64,000 nt of DNA, from contig CAVYKI010000009.1 in the NCBI GenBank assembly GCA_963769025.1, forward strand, positions 640,001 through 704,000, read 5' to 3'. This DNA comes from an uncultured Verrucomicrobiae bacterium. GTDB lineage: Bacteria > Verrucomicrobiota > Verrucomicrobiia > Chthoniobacterales > Chthoniobacteraceae. How positions within the stretch are numbered: position 1 is the stretch's first letter; every line of letters starts with the position of its first letter. The notes under the pieces are model-generated. The model was given only the letters and a program-made list of their open reading frames with translations. It did no database searches and was not told the origin of the DNA. Positions 62,261 through 64,000 of this stretch are shown piece by piece. Both the position numbers and the translations under genes were made by a program.

Positions 62261-64000
62261 ATGAGTCATCGTCCCCTGCAAATATTGGCGCGGGTGCTCC
62301 TCTTGGCGCTGCTGTATTTTGTCACGGGCCGGCTGGGACTGATGCTGCCGGCCTACGGTTCCCACATCACACTGCTCTGGCTCCCCACCGGGATCGCTGT
62401 CGCGGCCCTGATGCGCTGCGACTTCCGTTGCTGGCCGGGCGTCACGCTCGGGGCGCTGGCTGTGAATTGCGCCACCGGCCTCACCTGGCCGTCGGTGCTG
62501 GGCATCGCCGTGGGAAATACCGCGGGGGCTGTGCTGGCCGCATGGATTCTGCGGCGCACGGGCTTCCACATCGCGTTCGATCGCAAGCGGGACATCCTTT
62601 TCCTCGCGGGAGCGGCGGCGGTCGGGATGCTCGTGACGGCGGGCATCGGCGTGGAAATGCTGGCGCTCTCCGGTGCGTTGCCAGGCAACCGGATGGCCGC
62701 AAGGCTGATCTGGTGGGCCGGGGATACCATGGGAGTCATCTCCGCCGCGCCGCTCCTGCTCGCCATGAATCGGCAGGAATGGCGCTCGATTCGCTTCCGA
62801 AGGGGCGAATTTGCGGTCTGGATTTCGGTCGCTTCCCTCACGGTTTTCGGCGTGTTCATTTCCAGTGCAGGACGGCATGGGCAGGTGTGGTCCCTGGCTT
62901 TCCTGACCCTGCCTCTGGTCGCGTGGACCGCGCTCCGTTTTGGCGCGATCGGCACATCGCTCGCGGTCATCCTCCTCTCCATCGGCGCCGCATCCGGAAC
63001 GGTGAGCGGGCGCGGGCCCCTCTATCGGGCTGATCCGACGGAGGCTGCGGTGCTGCTTTGGCTTTTTATGGCGACGACCGCGACGCTCGGGTGGTTGATC
63101 ACCGCCCTGCACGCCGCCCGCGTGAAGGCGACCGGGATGCAGCACGTGCTCGAGGAGGCGCTCAGCGACGTTTCACTGGGCGTGCTGCTCGGCGACCTCG
63201 ATCGGAACATCACGTACACCAACATGGGCTTCACCCGACTCACCGGCTACACGGCGGAGGACATGCAGGGGCAAAGCTGCCGCATCCTGCAGGGGCCCGG
63301 GACCGATCCTGCTGTCGCGGAAAAGCTCAGGGCCGCGCTCCACGACGGAGGCTATTTCGACGGGGAAATCCTCAACTATCGCAAGGACGGCACGCCTTTC
63401 TGGAATGCACTCCTCATCTCACCAATCCACGACGAGCGCGGTGAAAAGACCGGCTTTCTCGGAGTCCAGCGCGACTTCACCAAACGCCGGGAGGCCGGGA
63501 CCGCGCTGAGGGAGAGCGAGGACCGCTTTCGCAGGCTCATCGACAACGCGCCGGAGGCCGTCGTCCTCATGGACGCCGCCGACGGGCGCTTCATCCAGGC
63601 CAATGCCACGGCGGAACGGCTGTTCAGACTTTCCGCCGCAGAACTCTGCCAGCGCGGGCCGTTGGAAATGAGCCCGCCCACGCAGCCGGACGGGCGGTCT
63701 TCCAGAGAGCAGGGGCGCGAGTACATCGCCCGGGCGCTGGCGGGCGAAACGCCGGTGTTTGAGTGGTTGCATCGCGACGCGGAAGGAAACGACATTCCTT
63801 GCGAGGTGCGGCTGCTGAGATTTGAAATCGGTGGCCGGGCGGTCGTGCGCGGAAGCATCACCGACATCACCGCACGGCGAAAGGCGGAGGCTGCGCTGAC
63901 CGCCTCGATGGAGTTTTCCAATAGCCTGATCCGCTCGATGCAGGATGGCGTTGTCGTACTCGACGTGAATGGCGTCCATCTGGATGTGAATCCCGCATTT
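62261..64000 (+). CDS. MASE1-LOV-PAS-PAS membrane sensor, truncated by the window end
   Basis: Absent from the ORF track because it has no stop in the window. My translation: LLYFVTGRLGL...LLWLPTGIAVAAL...WWAGDTMG (MASE1); YTNMGFTRLTGY...GQSCRILQGPGTD...NYRKDGTPFWN...GVQRD (LOV); further PAS domains. GAGGAG RBS at 62248. Confidence 0.88.
   Translation, partial: MSHRPLQILARVLLLALLYFVTGRLGLMLPAYGSHITLLWLPTGIAVAALMRCDFRCWPGVTLGALAVNCATGLTWPSVLGIAVGNTAGAVLAAWILRRTGFHIAFDRKRDILFLAGAAAVGMLVTAGIGVEMLALSGALPGNRMAARLIWWAGDTMGVISAAPLLLAMNRQEWRSIRFRRGEFAVWISVASLTVFGVFISSAGRHGQVWSLAFLTLPLVAWTALRFGAIGTSLAVILLSIGAASGTVSGRGPLYRADPTEAAVLLWLFMATTATLGWLITALHAARVKATGMQHVLEEALSDVSLGVLLGDLDRNITYTNMGFTRLTGYTAEDMQGQSCRILQGPGTDPAVAEKLRAALHDGGYFDGEILNYRKDGTPFWNALLISPIHDERGEKTGFLGVQRDFTKRREAGTALRESEDRFRRLIDNAPEAVVLMDAADGRFIQANATAERLFRLSAAELCQRGPLEMSPPTQPDGRSSREQGREYIARALAGETPVFEWLHRDAEGNDIPCEVRLLRFEIGGRAVVRGSITDITARRKAEAALTASMEFSNSLIRSMQDGVVVLDVNGVHLDVNPAF

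Noticed and set aside
1..64000. CRISPR array, tRNA/rRNA, prophage, integrase or IS transposase
   Set aside because: No regularly spaced direct repeats, cloverleaf or rRNA signatures, or recombinase/transposase motifs were seen by eye.

Overview
GC-rich bacterial chromosomal segment, most likely Verrucomicrobiota or another PVC-group lineage. This is inferred from the DUF5069, three DUF1080, DUF1501, DUF1592 and sulfatase genes and a GTAG-type REP doublet. About 45 genes are recognisable; I see no rRNA, tRNA, CRISPR array, integrase or transposase. Ordinary content includes a SWIM-SNF2 helicase, parA, bactofilin, pirin, hpnH-shc (hopanoids), an M20 peptidase, glnS, dprA, a CNNM pair, an ABC-F ATPase, an MdtABC-OMF efflux operon, rapA, a Zn-ADH, yaeQ and a Usp. 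Two loci stand out. (1) A translationally coupled pepM-ppd-AEP transaminase operon (2-aminoethylphosphonate synthesis) has none of the usual cytidylyl/lipid/glycan transfer genes, but is divergently paired with a eukaryote-like tubulin-tyrosine-ligase (TTL) family ATP-grasp enzyme and flanked by a surface protein with a tubulin-like acidic tail. It is a candidate phosphonate amide-ligation or protein-modification system. (2) A three-gene run encodes a GlnD-like nucleotidyltransferase with a degenerate HD domain, a stand-alone RyR-domain protein and a membrane 2TM-RCK-RCK-RyR protein, a candidate nucleotide-signalling/channel system. A MASE1-LOV-PAS sensor runs off the right edge. Many single-base frameshifts at 21.7-30.5 kb (including in glnS) look like long-read errors rather than pseudogenes. 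All family calls come from motif recognition by eye; no searches were run.
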